A stretch of 64,000 nt of DNA from positions 26,776 to 90,775 of the forward strand of contig CAXULY010000020.1 of assembly GCA_964252075.1 (NCBI GenBank), given 5' to 3'. Source of the stretch: an uncultured Deinococcaceae bacterium (lineage in GTDB: Bacteria; Deinococcota; Deinococci; Deinococcales; Deinococcaceae). Made by a program: the position numbers and the translations under genes. How positions within the stretch are numbered: the stretch's first letter is position 1; each line of letters begins with the position of its first letter. Shown piece by piece: positions 39,863-51,362 of the stretch. The notes beneath the pieces are model-generated. The model did no database searches. It was not told the origin of the DNA and saw nothing but the letters and a program-made list of their open reading frames with translations.

Positions 39863-40710
39863 TGCCGACCCTGGTGCCGGACGCACACACCGTCCGGCAC
39901 CAGTTCGGGTGGGCCGCCGTAACGACGCTGCTGGATGAGGCGGTACGCGCCGCGCAGGACCTCAAGGACCTGTTCGTGGGCCGCAACTGCGAGCTGCGTG
40001 AGGTGCTGGCCCGCACCTTCGCGCAACTTCACGCCCTGCCCCTGAGTGCGCTGCACGAAGCCGCCACCGCGCAGGTCACCGCGCTCGAAGCCATCGTCGC
40101 GTCCTCCCGCGCTTAGCTGGAAACCGCCGACCGCCTGCGCGACGCCATTCAGCAGGCCCTCACGGAGATCCGCGGCACCCCCATCGAGCACATCAGCGCG
40201 CACCTCCTCACCAATATCAGTCAGCTGGTGCATCAGCAGGCCAAGGACCTGGAGGCGCTCGTCGCGCTGGAGCTGAACGAGGCCGACACCGTCGAGCAGA
40301 TCACCGCCCTGCAGCGGCTCAGCGCCCAGACGCACACCAACCTGCTGCGCACCGAACGGGCGCGCGCCGAGCAGCAGCTGATGGAGCTCAGCCGCGCCGG
40401 CGAGGACGCCCTGGAAGCGAGTGGCGTCACGCACGCCGCACAGCACGCCGAACTGGAGCGCGACGCGGCGGTGGCGCAGCAGCACATCGCGGACCTGGAA
40501 GCCCAGGCGGTGCAGGACGACCAGGAACTGGCGGACGTTCAGCGCAGGTGCGGGCAGCGCAGGCCCGCACGGCGGCGCTGGAGGCGGCCGCACGGGAGAC
40601 GCGGGAGCGCCTCGCGCAACTGCGCACACAACAGGAGGGCGAGCAGCGCCGCGCGAACGATCTGGGGCAGGACGCCACTTTGCAGCGTGATGACCCCGCG
40701 CGGCCCTGAC
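39863..40710 (+). pseudogene. Coiled-coil protein gene with in-frame TAG (40114-16) and late frameshift
   Basis: ..IVASSRA*LETADRLRDAIQQAL.. continues in the same frame; start approximate. Confidence 0.6.
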
Positions 40711-41536
40711 CGGGCCGCTGACAGGCCATGGGGGACCAAAGCTCAGCAAGACCCAAGGGCGTGCAGCGACGGGGGTTGGTCACCAGGCGCCCGCCCGACT
40801 GAGGCATGCGCCCCGATCCGCGCGTCGTGAAAATGGTACGTGCGGGCACGCTGTCGGTGAGTGGACGGCCTTGTGTGGCCATGATCTGGCCGCGCCGTCG
40901 GTCAGAGAACGCCTGTACCGCCATTGCCCTGCCTAATGACGCTTTGCTGTCCACGCGGGCTTCTCCACCAGCCTTCACTTCCGCCGTCAGACGAAAATGC
41001 GCCGCTTCGACCAGGACGCGGACAGGATGGCGTGTTCCCGCCTGCGCAGCGAAGACGGAGGCGTTCTGGATACCTGAAGTCGGCGATGAGGATGCAAGGC
41101 TCTGCCTGTTCCAGCGGCGGTGACGATCAGGGGAAGGCCGTCGGTCTCCCCTGCCCGCCTAGCACCGGTGTGCCATGCCGGTGCTGGCGCCGCAGGGGCC
41201 CGACGCGTGGTGCCGGAATGGTCGGTGCCTTGTGTTGGTCCCGCCCCGGCACCAGGGGGGCTGGGCTCGATCCCTGCCGACGGTCAGGCCCCATCCTCGC
41301 ACCGGACCACTGCCGACGCATCGCTTAGGGTGGCGCCTGCGGAGCGGCTCCCGCCGCACACCCACGCCGGACCAAGGTGCGCCGGGCGGGGCATGAGCCA
41401 TCCTTGCCCCCCACACTGGTGGGGCGCTTGAAGGCTTGGGCACATGTCCGCACGACCTATGCCCAGATTCGGTGAGCATGAAGGGCACTGCATGCCGGGC
41501 GGGCCTCTCCCTCATCCGCCCACACTCTGCTGAGGC

Positions 41537-44013
41537 ATGGAGGCGCGCCCGTAGCCCTGAACTTCCCCCCGCCTCAGCTGTCCGGCAGCGACCTGAAGGT
41601 CCTGCTCGACCGCCTGCCGGACGCCTTCTTCGCCGTGGACGACCGGAGCGGCCTGACGTACGTCAACGACCGCGCGCGCGCGCTCCTGGGCGGGGCCGAG
41701 TTCGAACCTGGTGCGCAGCTCGCCAGCGTGCTGCCGCGCCTCGCGGGAAGCCGACTGGTGCGCGCGCTCACCACGGCCGCCCAGGAGCGCGTCACCCTCG
41801 AGTTCACGGAGGACGTGCCGGCCCTCGACCGCACGCTGGAGGTCCGCGTGTTCCCGCAGGACGGTGGGGCCGGGGAGCTGCTCCGGGACGTCACGGCGGC
41901 GCGCCGCGCGGGCCGGACGAACGCGCGCCTGATGAGCGTCACGACCCGCCTCGCGGAAGTCATCCTGCCCGAAGACGCCATCGAGCTGATCCTCGGCGAG
42001 GCCCTCCCGGCGGTGGGGGCGTTCGGCGGCAGCGTGTACCGCCTGGCCGACCGCCGGCGCCTCACCCTCCTCGGCCTCAGCGGGTACGACGCGGCCGCGG
42101 TTCACACCTGGCGGGTGCTGACCCTCGATCAGGACGTGATGCTGGCTGAGGCGGCCCGCACGCGCACGCCGCTGTTCATGACCGCCGCCGACCTGCGAGA
42201 GCACTACCCGCACCTCCCCTTGCGCTCCGGGACGGTCAGTGCGGCCGCGTTGCCGCTCATCGCGCGCGGCGCCCTGCTGGGCGTGATGGGCCTCAGCTTC
42301 GAGACCGACCATGAACTGGATGCACAGGAACGCGGGGTGCTGCGCGCGATGGCCGGTCAGTGCGCGCTCGCCCTGGACCGCGCGACGCTGTACGAGGCGG
42401 TGCGTGACGAACGCGACCGACTCGCGACCCTGGTGCGGGCCAGCACGCAGCTGGTGTGGACCGTCACGCCCGGACGGGGCGTGACCGCCCCGTGGTGGCT
42501 GGAGCTCACCGGGTAGAGCCAAGAGGACGCGCGCGCTGGCGGCTGGCTCGACGCGGTGCACCCGGAGGACCGCCCGCGCGTGTAGGCCCTGTGGGGCGCC
42601 GCGCCCGCCCCGCTGCGGCCCCTCAAGGCGGAGTTCCGCCTGCGCACCGCGCGCGACGGGTACCGCCACTTCGCCGCGCAGGCCCTTCCGAGGCTGCGGG
42701 CCGACGGCACGCTGCGCGAGTGGGTCGGCAGCTTCAACGACGTCACGGAGCGGCACCACAACGAGGCGATGCGCGCGCACTGGCAGGAGGAGCACGCCCG
42801 GCAGGTGAACGACCGCACCGCCGAGCTCAGCCGCGTGAACGAGGCGCTGCGGGCCGAGACGGACGCCCTGAGCGGCTTCGCGGCGCTCACCGAGGCGGTG
42901 GGGAGCGAAACGGACGTGACGGTCCTCGCGCACCGGGCGGTGGAGACCCTGACGCGGGCGTTGCCGGGCAGCGTCGCGGTGTACTTCACGCCAGGGAAGG
43001 AACGCTGGGTGGGCGTCGCGCACAGCGGCGACCTCACCGAGCAGGAACGGGCGGCCGTGCGGACTGGCCTGCCCGCGCACAGCGAGTTCGTGCAGGGCAT
43101 CACCTGCGCGCAGGACGCGCGGTTCGAGAACCGCTGGAACGATCACCCGGACGTGGTGGCGCGTTTCGTCCGGCGGTACGGCACGGCGGCCTTCGTGCCC
43201 GTGTGCACGCAGGGGCGCGTGGTGGGGCTCCTGACGGCGGGCCTCCAGTGGGTGAGTGCGTGGTCCGAACGGGACCGGGCGGTCGGCCGCGCACTGACCA
43301 TCGCGGCGGAGCATGGCGCGCACGCCGCGCAGCTGGAACTGCACAACCGGGAACTGGACGCGTTCACGTACAGCGTCAGCCACGACCTGCGCACCCCCAT
43401 CCGCCACGTGCAGGGCTTCGCGCAGCTCCTCCAGCGCTCGGCGGGCGCGAAGCTCACGGCGGATGAAGCGCGGCACCTGGAGCGGATGACGCAAGCGGCG
43501 CGCCGGAAGGAGGACCTGGTGCAGGACCTGCTGGGTCTGGCGCGGCTCGCGCAGCAGGACCTCCAGCTGGGCGAGGTGAACCAGCGCGCGCTGGTGGCGT
43601 CCGTGCACGCGCAGCTGCGGCCGGATGAGCTGGGCCGCCGCGTGCACTGGGCCGTGGGGGCGCTGCCCGAGGGGCGGGCGGACGAGGGGCTGTTGCGGCT
43701 GGCGCTGCTCAACCTGCTCGGGAACGCCCTCAAGTACACCCGGGCGCGAGCGGAGGCGCGCATCGAGGTGTAGGGTGAAGCGCGCGCGAACGAGGTGGTG
43801 GTCCACGTGCGCGACAATGGCGCCGGGTTCGACCCGGCGTACGCGAACCGGCTGTTCGGGCTGTTCCAGCGCCTGCATGCGGCGTCGGAGTACGAGGGGA
43901 CCGGGGTGGGCCGCGCGAACGTCAAGCGGATTGTGGAGCGCCATGGGGGCCGGGTGTGGGCGGAGGAGGCGCCGGACCTCGGGGCGACCTTCTCGTTCTC
44001 GCTGCCGCAGTGA
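41537..44013 (+). pseudogene. PAS-GAF-PAS-GAF sensor histidine kinase, disrupted
   Basis: H-box FTYSVSHDLRTP, N-box NLLGNALKY, G1 [10 protein letters not shown]-box LFQRLH; in-frame TAG at 42514, 42583 and 43771; frameshift just after ATG 41537. Confidence 0.85.
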
Positions 44014-44831
44014 CGCTGCGTGGCGGGCCGTGTTCGTGCTCCTGCGCATAAGGCGGTGCGTGGTGCTGGACGGCGCGTCGAATGGAGCGACGACCCTGAC
44101 GCGGGCCATACCGACGGCAGAGCGGTTCAGCTCGGGGAGTTCCGGGCGCATCAATAGGGCGTTGGCCTTGCTGGTGGCCGTCATGTCGGCGTCCGCACAG
44201 CTGTTGAGGAGTCGGTTTATGGCTGGAAGCTCGAAAACGTGAGGGGCGGTGGGTGCTGTTCGGTGTTGCCATCATCGCGGCGGCCCGTACAGCGCGCCTC
44301 CGCGCCATGGAAGACCGTATCCTGTGGCGTGCAGGTGTCATGAAACGTCATGTCGTGCCGACGGCGAGGGGGGCCGCGTGCGGTCGGCGGGTTCTCCACC
44401 ATCCGCTCGCCGAGCGTGACGAGACGAGCCCAACCCAATCACCAGAGTGGGCGCCCGCGCCGCGGAGACTGTTGCCCACGGGCGTGCACCGCTGACGGGC
44501 TCTTGAGTGCATGACCTTCGCCGCGCGCCTCACCATGCACGGCATGCCGAATCGCGACCGTCAGAACGAACGCGCCGTCATCGCCGTTCATGACGGCGCG
44601 GACCTCACGCCAGCCCTTGAGCGCCGTCGGCGCGACGCGCACGACCACCGCGCGTCCCTGCGCGGCCAGCCCTCAAGGACGGCAAGGTCGCGTGAATGAA
44701 GTTCAGCAGGTGCCGGAAGTCCAAATGGAATGGTCGGAACACCTGAGGGAGCGCACTTCTTTTCTCCCTCAACGGACGACCTGTCATTCTCGTTGGTGCG
44801 GTGCGTGGTCAGCGCCGAGGGTACCCGTCGC

Positions 44832-44858
44832 ACATCTGAGTACCTGTTCAGGTATACT
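44832..44858 (+). promoter_or_regulatory. SmtB/CadC-type operator overlapping -10 TATACT (leaderless)
   Basis: Imperfect IR ACATCTGAGTAC..GTTCAGGTAT; TATACT at 44853-58, 6 nt before ATG. Confidence 0.7.
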
Positions 44859-44864
44859 GGGGCC

Positions 44865-47030
44865 ATGAGCGATGCCGGCGTCCCATCTCTCCCGACCCTG
44901 GATTACTTCGTGGAGGGCATGGACTGCCCCACCTGCGTCCGCAAGATCGAGGGGGCGCTCGGTCGCCTGCCCGGCGCACACGGCGCCCGCACGAACCTCA
45001 CCACCCAGACCCTCTCCCTCTCCCTCGACGAAGCCCAGACACCGCGCGCCGTGCTGGAAAAGCACCTGCGCGACCTCGGGCACACCCCCCGCCTCATGGC
45101 GGGCGCCACGGCACAACCCACCCCGGCCGCCTGGTTCGCCACCCGCCAGGGCCGCCTGGTGCTCACCACGGGGGCCCTCCTCGCGCCGGCGTGGCTGTTC
45201 GGGCTCGTCGAGCCGCGCCTGGCCTACTGGGGGTACCTCGCAGCCACCCTGCTTGGCACGTGGCCGCTCGCCCGCAAAGCCTGGGCGGGCCTCCGGGCCG
45301 GTGATCCCTTCGGCATCAACACCCTCGTGACGCTCGCCGCGATCGGCGCCCTCGTGATCGGTCAGGCGGCGGAGGCGGCCGTCGTGGTGTTCTTCTTCGC
45401 ACTGGGCGAGCTCCTGGAGGGCGTCGCGGTCGGGCAGTCGCGCAGCGGTCTCAAGGCGCTCGCGGCCCTCACGCCGCAGACCGCCCGCGTGCTGAAGAAA
45501 GGCGCGGTCTTCGAGCTGCCGATGGACGCCCTGAAGGTCGGGAACCTCGTGCAGGTGCGGCCCGGCGACCGCGTGCCCGCCGACGGCACCATCTTGGACG
45601 GGCAGTCCAGCCTCGACGATTCCCCCGTCACGGGCGAGAGCGTCCCAGTGGACAAGGCCATGGGCGACGCGGTGTACGCCGGGAGCATCAACGGCAGCGG
45701 CGTCCTGACCGTGCGGGTGGAGCGCGAGACGCAGGACAACACCATCGCGCGCATCATTCACCTTGTCGAGCAGGCGGAGGCGAACAAGGCGCCCGTCAGC
45801 CGCTTCATTGACCGCTTCTCGCGCGTCTACACGCCCCTCGTGGTGCTCGTCGCGGCGCTCACGGCCGTGCTGCCCCCACTGTTCGGCGGGGACTGGCACG
45901 CGTGGCTGTACAAGGGCACCGCGCTCCTGCTGATCGGCTGCCCGTGCGCGCTGGTCCTGTCGGTGCCCGCCGCCATCACCAGCGCCGTCGCGGCCGGCAC
46001 GCGCCGCGGGCTGCTCATCAAGGGCGGCGCGGTGCTGGAGGCGCTCGGGAGCGTGCGCACCGTCGCCTTCGACAAGACCGGCACGCTCACTGAGGGCCGC
46101 CCCCGCGTCACGAACGTGGTGGGCCTGCACGAGGACCCGCAGGTCGTCCTGCGCCTCGCGGCGGCCGTCGAGCAGGGCTCCACGCACCCCCTCGCGCGCG
46201 CCATCGTGGCGCGCGCGGCGGAAGAGGGCGCTGGCGTACTGCCCGCCACGGACGGCCACGCCCTGCCCGGGCAGGGCGTCACCGCCACCGTCGAGGGCCG
46301 CGCCCTCACCGTCGCGTCGCCCACCCTCGCGCGGACGCGCGCGACCCTCACGGCGGACACCCAGGCGGGCATCGCGGCGCTGGAGACGCAGGGCCGCACG
46401 GTGGTGGTGCTGCTGGACGGCGCGCGCGCGCTCGGCCTGATCGCGCTGCGGGACGAACCGCGCCCGGACGTGCGGCCGGCCCTCGCGGACCTGCACGCCC
46501 TGGGGGTGCGGGCCGTGATGCTGACGGGCGACAACGCCCGCACCGGGCAGGCCATCGGGCAGGACCTGGGCCTGGCGGTCGAGGCGGACCTGCTGCCTGC
46601 GGACAAGCTGCAGCGCATCACGGCGCTGCGCGCGCAGGGCGGCGTCGCGATGGTGGGGGACGGCATCAACGACGCGCCCGCCCTCGCCGCGAGTGACGTG
46701 GGCATCGCCATGGGCGGCGGCACCGACGTGGCGCTCGACACTGCGGGCGCCGCGCTGCTGCGCCCCAGCGTGCAGGGCGTGCCGGACCTCGTGCGCCTCT
46801 CGCGCGCCACCATGCGCATCATCTGGCAGAACGTGGCGTTCGCGGTGGGCCTCAAGCTGCTGTTCCTGATCACCACGCTGCTGGGCCTCACCGGGCTGTG
46901 GCCCGCCGTGCTGTCCGACACCGGCGCCACCGCGCTCGTCACCGCGAACGCCCTGCGCCTCCTGCGCTGGAAGGCCCCCACCCCAGGCCGCTCGACGCCG
47001 CGTTCCAGCGCGGTCGTGGGGCGCGCGTGA
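44865..47030 (+). CDS. P1B-type Zn/Cd/Pb-translocating ATPase (CadA/ZntA-like)
   Basis: GMDCPTC HMA domain, TGES, CPC, DKTGTLT, HP, GDGINDAP. Confidence 0.95.
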   Translation: MSDAGVPSLPTLDYFVEGMDCPTCVRKIEGALGRLPGAHGARTNLTTQTLSLSLDEAQTPRAVLEKHLRDLGHTPRLMAGATAQPTPAAWFATRQGRLVLTTGALLAPAWLFGLVEPRLAYWGYLAATLLGTWPLARKAWAGLRAGDPFGINTLVTLAAIGALVIGQAAEAAVVVFFFALGELLEGVAVGQSRSGLKALAALTPQTARVLKKGAVFELPMDALKVGNLVQVRPGDRVPADGTILDGQSSLDDSPVTGESVPVDKAMGDAVYAGSINGSGVLTVRVERETQDNTIARIIHLVEQAEANKAPVSRFIDRFSRVYTPLVVLVAALTAVLPPLFGGDWHAWLYKGTALLLIGCPCALVLSVPAAITSAVAAGTRRGLLIKGGAVLEALGSVRTVAFDKTGTLTEGRPRVTNVVGLHEDPQVVLRLAAAVEQGSTHPLARAIVARAAEEGAGVLPATDGHALPGQGVTATVEGRALTVASPTLARTRATLTADTQAGIAALETQGRTVVVLLDGARALGLIALRDEPRPDVRPALADLHALGVRAVMLTGDNARTGQAIGQDLGLAVEADLLPADKLQRITALRAQGGVAMVGDGINDAPALAASDVGIAMGGGTDVALDTAGAALLRPSVQGVPDLVRLSRATMRIIWQNVAFAVGLKLLFLITTLLGLTGLWPAVLSDTGATALVTANALRLLRWKAPTPGRSTPRSSAVVGRA

Positions 47031-47935
47031 CGCACAGCCACGACCACGGGCACAGCCACGCCCCCACCAACTTCGGCCCGGCGTTCCTGATCGGCATCGG
47101 CCTCAACACCCTGTTCGTGGTGGTCGAGCTGGTGTACGGCGTGCTGTCCAAATCCCTGGCGCTCATCAGTGACGCCGGGCACAACGCCAGCGACGTGATC
47201 GGCCTGCTGGTCGCGTACGCCGCGTACCTGCTCTCCCGGCGCCGCCCCTCCGGGCGCTACACCTACGGGCTGCGCCGCACCAGCATCCTGGCGTCGTTGA
47301 TCAACGCGGTGCTGCTGCTCGTCGCGGTGGGCGCCATCGCCTGGGAGGCCGTCCAGCGCCTGCTCGACCCCCAGCCGGTGCAGGGCGGCACCGTCATCTG
47401 GGTGGCCGCCGTGGGCATCGTCATCAACGCGGTCACCGCGTACCTGTTCGCCTCCGGCAGCAAATCGGACCTGAACGTGCGGGGCGCGTTTCAGCACATG
47501 GCGGCGGACGCCCTGGTGTCCGTCGCCGTGGTGATCGCCGGGGCGCTGATCCTGTGGACCGAGTGGCTGTGGCTGGACCCGGCGATCAGCCTGCTGGTCG
47601 CGGCGGTGGTGCTGATCGGCACCTGGGGCCTCCTGCGGGACAGCGTGAACCTGGCGCTGGACGCGGTGCCTGAAGGCGTGGACGCCGACGCCGTGCGCCG
47701 CTACCTGATGGGCGTGCCGGGCGTCACGGCCGTGCACGACCTGCACATCTGGGGGATGAGCACCACCGAGACGGCCCTCACCGCGCACCTGGTCATGCCG
47801 GGCGGCGTCCCTGAAGGGGCGTTCTATCACGACCTGCAGCACAACCTGCACGAGCGCTTCGACATTCAGCACGCCACCGTGCAGGTCGAGCGGCCCGCGC
47901 AGCACTGCGACCTCGCCAGCGAGCAGGTGGTGTGA
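47027..47935 (+). CDS. Cation diffusion facilitator (CzcD/ZitB-like)
   Basis: His-rich N-terminus, SLALISDAGHNASD, HMAAD, VHDLHIW. Confidence 0.95.
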   Translation: MTHSHDHGHSHAPTNFGPAFLIGIGLNTLFVVVELVYGVLSKSLALISDAGHNASDVIGLLVAYAAYLLSRRRPSGRYTYGLRRTSILASLINAVLLLVAVGAIAWEAVQRLLDPQPVQGGTVIWVAAVGIVINAVTAYLFASGSKSDLNVRGAFQHMAADALVSVAVVIAGALILWTEWLWLDPAISLLVAAVVLIGTWGLLRDSVNLALDAVPEGVDADAVRRYLMGVPGVTAVHDLHIWGMSTTETALTAHLVMPGGVPEGAFYHDLQHNLHERFDIQHATVQVERPAQHCDLASEQVV

Positions 47936-47987
47936 CGTGAGCCCAGCCACCACACGCCCACCGCAGGACCGCCATGCTGAACGGACC

Positions 47988-48356
47988 ATGCCTGCCCTCA
48001 CGCCACCGGACCTTGAGACGTGCGAGACGACCTGTTTCCACCCGGAGGCCGTGGCGCTCGCGCGCCGCGCCGTCCCGGACGACGCCTGCGTGGAGGACGC
48101 GACGGCGCTCCTGAAGGTCGTCGCGGACCCCACCCGCGTGCGGATGCTGTCGGCGCTCTCCGCCACGGAGCTGTGCGTGCATGACCTGGCGGTCGTGGCG
48201 GGCATCAGCGAGTCCGCCACCAGCCACCAGTTGCGGCTGCTGAAAGCGCACCGGCTGGTCGCCGGCCGCAAAGAGGGACGCACCGTGTATTACCGCCTGG
48301 CGGACCAGCACGTCACCTTGTTGATCCGCAACGCGCTGGAACACGCGCGAGAGTGA
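47988..48356 (+). CDS. ArsR/SmtB metalloregulator
   Basis: ELCVHDL, SATSHQLRLL, alpha5 DQHV..LEH site; alternative start 47937. Confidence 0.9.
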   Translation: MPALTPPDLETCETTCFHPEAVALARRAVPDDACVEDATALLKVVADPTRVRMLSALSATELCVHDLAVVAGISESATSHQLRLLKAHRLVAGRKEGRTVYYRLADQHVTLLIRNALEHARE

Positions 48357-48766
48357 GGCGCTGGTGGTGGGCCGGTGGCGTGGCCCTGGTGGCGCTGGCC
48401 GTCCCGGTGGCGGTGCGTGAGGGCCACTGGAGGGGCACCCTGTACTGCATCGAGCGACCGGGGCAGCTGTGGGGCGGGGCGTTCGGGCCGGTGCCAGAAG
48501 GGGCAGTGCCGGAGTGCCCGCAGACCGCGTCGTACCGGGGCGAGGTGCGTCGGGGCGAGTCGAAGGTGGAGCAGTACCGCCTCAGCGGGTGGCAGCCCAC
48601 GCGGCTCAAGGACCTGCTGGTGCGCCGCGGGGTGGCGGTGCTCGAGGCGGAATTCGTGAACGCGGGGGTGTACGAGGCGTTCGTGCAGGCCGGGCCGGGC
48701 AAGGTGTACGTGCTGGCGGAGCGCACCAGGAGTGGAACGCTGCTGACCTTGATTGGACGGCCATAG
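48353..48766 (+). CDS. Hypothetical exported protein
   Basis: GTGA-coupled to SmtB gene; N-terminal hydrophobic segment; two Cys. Confidence 0.75.
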   Translation: MRRWWWAGGVALVALAVPVAVREGHWRGTLYCIERPGQLWGGAFGPVPEGAVPECPQTASYRGEVRRGESKVEQYRLSGWQPTRLKDLLVRRGVAVLEAEFVNAGVYEAFVQAGPGKVYVLAERTRSGTLLTLIGRP

Positions 48767-48920
48767 GGCGCCGCCCAGGCATTCTTTGCAGTCCCGATGG
48801 ATGGCTCGGGTTTGATGGGTTTTCCTGTCCCAAAAGCGCGGTCCTTCATTCAAGGGCGCACGACAGGCCGTTCGCATGCAGCCACGAGGTGACCGCTGTA
48901 TCTGCGATTTGGAAATGAAG

Positions 48921-48952
48921 GCCCAGGCGCAGCGAGCCCGCTGCGCCTGGGC
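48921..48952. terminator. Strong hairpin between convergent genes
   Basis: GCCCAGGCGCAGCG-AGCC-CGCTGCGCCTGGGC perfect 14-bp stem. Confidence 0.6.
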
Positions 48953-48968
48953 GCCATGTACACCTGCT

Positions 48969-49805
48969 TCAGCGCAGCAACTGCAATTGCACGCCCGTGT
49001 ACAGGGAGCCGTAAGCCGGGCGGCGGTAACTGAACAGCTCCTCGCCCGTCTCGTCGTTCACCAGGGGGTTCAGGGTCTCGGTCGCGAGCAGATGGTCGTC
49101 CGGCACATCACCCACGTCACTGAACTTGAACGTGACGGTGGCCCTCAACACGCTATTGCTGACGGTGGTGGGGCCCGTGCGGACAATCTCTCCGAACGGG
49201 GCTTCCGCCTGCTGTCCGCCGCTCTGAAAGATGACGTCGATGCTGGCCGGTCCTTCCAGGGGTGGGGCCACCGTGACCTCCACGGTGGTGGTGGCGGTCT
49301 CGCCGTCGTGCCCGCTGACGAGCAGGGGCGTCACCCGGGTCGAAACCTTCATGCTCTTGACGTCAATGTTCAGCGTCTGGCTGCCCACGTCCTGCCCGTT
49401 CACGCTCGCCACCACCCGGTAGCGGGCGTCCTGGACGGCGGGGTCGTCGCTGAGGAGGGTCATCGGCGCGGCGATGGTGAGGGGGCGGGTGGTGCTGCCG
49501 GGACCGGTGAAGGCCACGCTGGTGGTACGCAGTTGCATCCCCTCGAAGCCAACCCCGGGAACAGCGCGTTCGAGGCGAAGGGTGAGCGGCCCATTGAGGG
49601 GCGCGGTGCTGCTGAAGGTGGCGTTTAGGGTCGCGCTGTGCTTGTGGAGCACCTGAAGGTCCGCGCGGTCGAAGGTGATGTTCACGTGCGCGGGGGTGGC
49701 GGGAGGCGCGGCCTGGCAGGTGATGGTAGGGTTAACCCAGTCGACGTGGTCGTCGCTCAGGCCATTGCCAGCGTCCGTCACCACCAGGCGGAGTTCCGTC
49801 TTGGT
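48969..49805 (-). pseudogene. 5'-truncated NPCBM/NEW2-domain secreted protein
   Basis: Begins with the last strand of NPCBM (ELRLVVTDAGNGLSDDHVDW); no signal peptide upstream. Confidence 0.7.
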
Positions 49806-50013
49806 GGGCCCTGGTCAGTGAGGGCAGCGGAGCAAGGTTGTCCACAGACTGATCCACAGGAAACACCCAGTGCGGGCGCTGGGCGTGTGAAAGGCGAAAC
49901 CCCGACGCGGAGGTCGGGGTGGCAGCAGGAAGGGGCCAGGTTGAAGCCTGGCCCCCTGCTGCGTGTGCACCCGTTACGCCCCGCAGAGCGGGTGGGTGCG
50001 TTGGTGCTGGTGT

Positions 50014-51162
50014 TCAGTTGGCAAGGGTGGCGCACAGGGCGAACACCCTGAACGGCACGTTGTCCCCGGCGGCCCCATATGCGTTGCGCACCGAGCCCTG
50101 CCAGCCCGTGTTGGTCTGGAAGGAACTCAGGATGACCGTGCGGTTGTTGTTCGGATCGCTGGGTTCCACGCCGCCCCCAATGGCCGTCTTCCCGGCCGGG
50201 CAGGTCGCGACCGCGACCGTGCCGGTCCCCGTAAAGACGTTCGTGCCGCTGGGTGCCTGTACGACTGGGCTGTACACCTTCTCGAAGCCGCCGAAGCCGG
50301 CCGCGCCCACAGGGCCCTGCGGCCCTTGCGGACCGGTGGCGCCTGTGGCTCCCGTTGCGCCTGTGGCGCCCGTTGGACCCGCTGGGCCACGTGCGCCCGT
50401 GGCCCCCGTCGCTCCGGTGGCGCCGATCGGCCCAGGGACGGTGCTGGCCGCACCCGCCGGTCCTTGAGGACCAGTCGGCCCGATCGGGCCCGTGGCGCCT
50501 GTGGCTCCCGTTGCGCCTGTGGGGCCTGCTGGTCCCTGAGGACCCTGAGGTCCTTGAGGTCCCGTGGCGCCGATCGGACCGGCCGGACCCGTGTTGCCAA
50601 TGGGCCCAGTGTTGCCGGTCGCGCCGGTGTCGCCCTTGATGCCTTGCGGCCCCGCTGGGCCGGTCAGGCCGATGGGGCCCTGACCGCCCGTCGCGCCGGT
50701 CGGCCCGATATCACCCTTCTCCCCCCGCGGGCCAGCGGGTCCCGTCGCTCCCGTGGCTCCGGCCGGTCCGAGGTCGCCTTTCGGTCCAGCCGCTCCTGTC
50801 TCGCCCTTCGGCCCTTGTGGTCCAGTGGGTCCCTGCGCGCCCGTGCCCGTCTGCCAGGCCAGGCCATCCGCCGTGAGGGCCAGCACCTGACCCGGCTGGC
50901 CTGGGGTGTTCACCCGGATTTTGCTGGGGGTCACGCTGCCGTCCGCGAGGCGCTCCGCCGTGACGGACGCGCCGCTCGTGGCTTGCAGGCTCTGCACGGC
51001 GGTATTGAGCGCGCCAAAGTTGGCGTTGACTTCGCTGGCGCGGATGGGGTCACCAGCTTTGAAGACGTACTGGATGAGGCCGGGGCCCTCGTTGGCGGCG
51101 AGGCCACCGGCGATGACGAGGGCGGCACCGAGCAGGGCGGACTTGGGGTCGATCTTGAGCAT
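50014..51162 (-). CDS. Secreted collagen-like protein
   Basis: Signal peptide, [16 protein letters not shown], ~44+15 Gly-X-Y triplets, C-terminal [15 protein letters not shown] domain. Confidence 0.9.
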   Translation of the reverse strand: MLKIDPKSALLGAALVIAGGLAANEGPGLIQYVFKAGDPIRASEVNANFGALNTAVQSLQATSGASVTAERLADGSVTPSKIRVNTPGQPGQVLALTADGLAWQTGTGAQGPTGPQGPKGETGAAGPKGDLGPAGATGATGPAGPRGEKGDIGPTGATGGQGPIGLTGPAGPQGIKGDTGATGNTGPIGNTGPAGPIGATGPQGPQGPQGPAGPTGATGATGATGPIGPTGPQGPAGAASTVPGPIGATGATGATGARGPAGPTGATGATGATGATGPQGPQGPVGAAGFGGFEKVYSPVVQAPSGTNVFTGTGTVAVATCPAGKTAIGGGVEPSDPNNNRTVILSSFQTNTGWQGSVRNAYGAAGDNVPFRVFALCATLAN

Positions 51163-51172
51163 GGTGTCGTCC

Positions 51173-51310
51173 TTATTGCCAGGTGGCGTGGTCCCAGGTC
51201 GCGGTGTCCCAGGATGAGGAGGCGGTGGGGGTGGCGCCCTTGGGCGAGCAGGCGGCGAGCAGCAGTGCCAGCGCGAGCAGCGCCCACGCGGGTGACGTGG
51301 GTCTTCTCAT
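51173..51310 (-). CDS. 45-aa lipoprotein with Trp repeats
   Basis: [45 protein letters not shown]; 10 nt upstream of collagen gene. Confidence 0.75.
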   Translation of the reverse strand: MRRPTSPAWALLALALLLAACSPKGATPTASSSWDTATWDHATWQ

Positions 51311-51362
51311 CACCCGCTCAGTGTATGCGGCGATCCGCATTCTGTATGTCCACTCTGTTCCG

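Noticed and set aside
50290..50850. 9-nt periodic DNA repeats
   Set aside because: Explained by Gly-X-Y collagen coding
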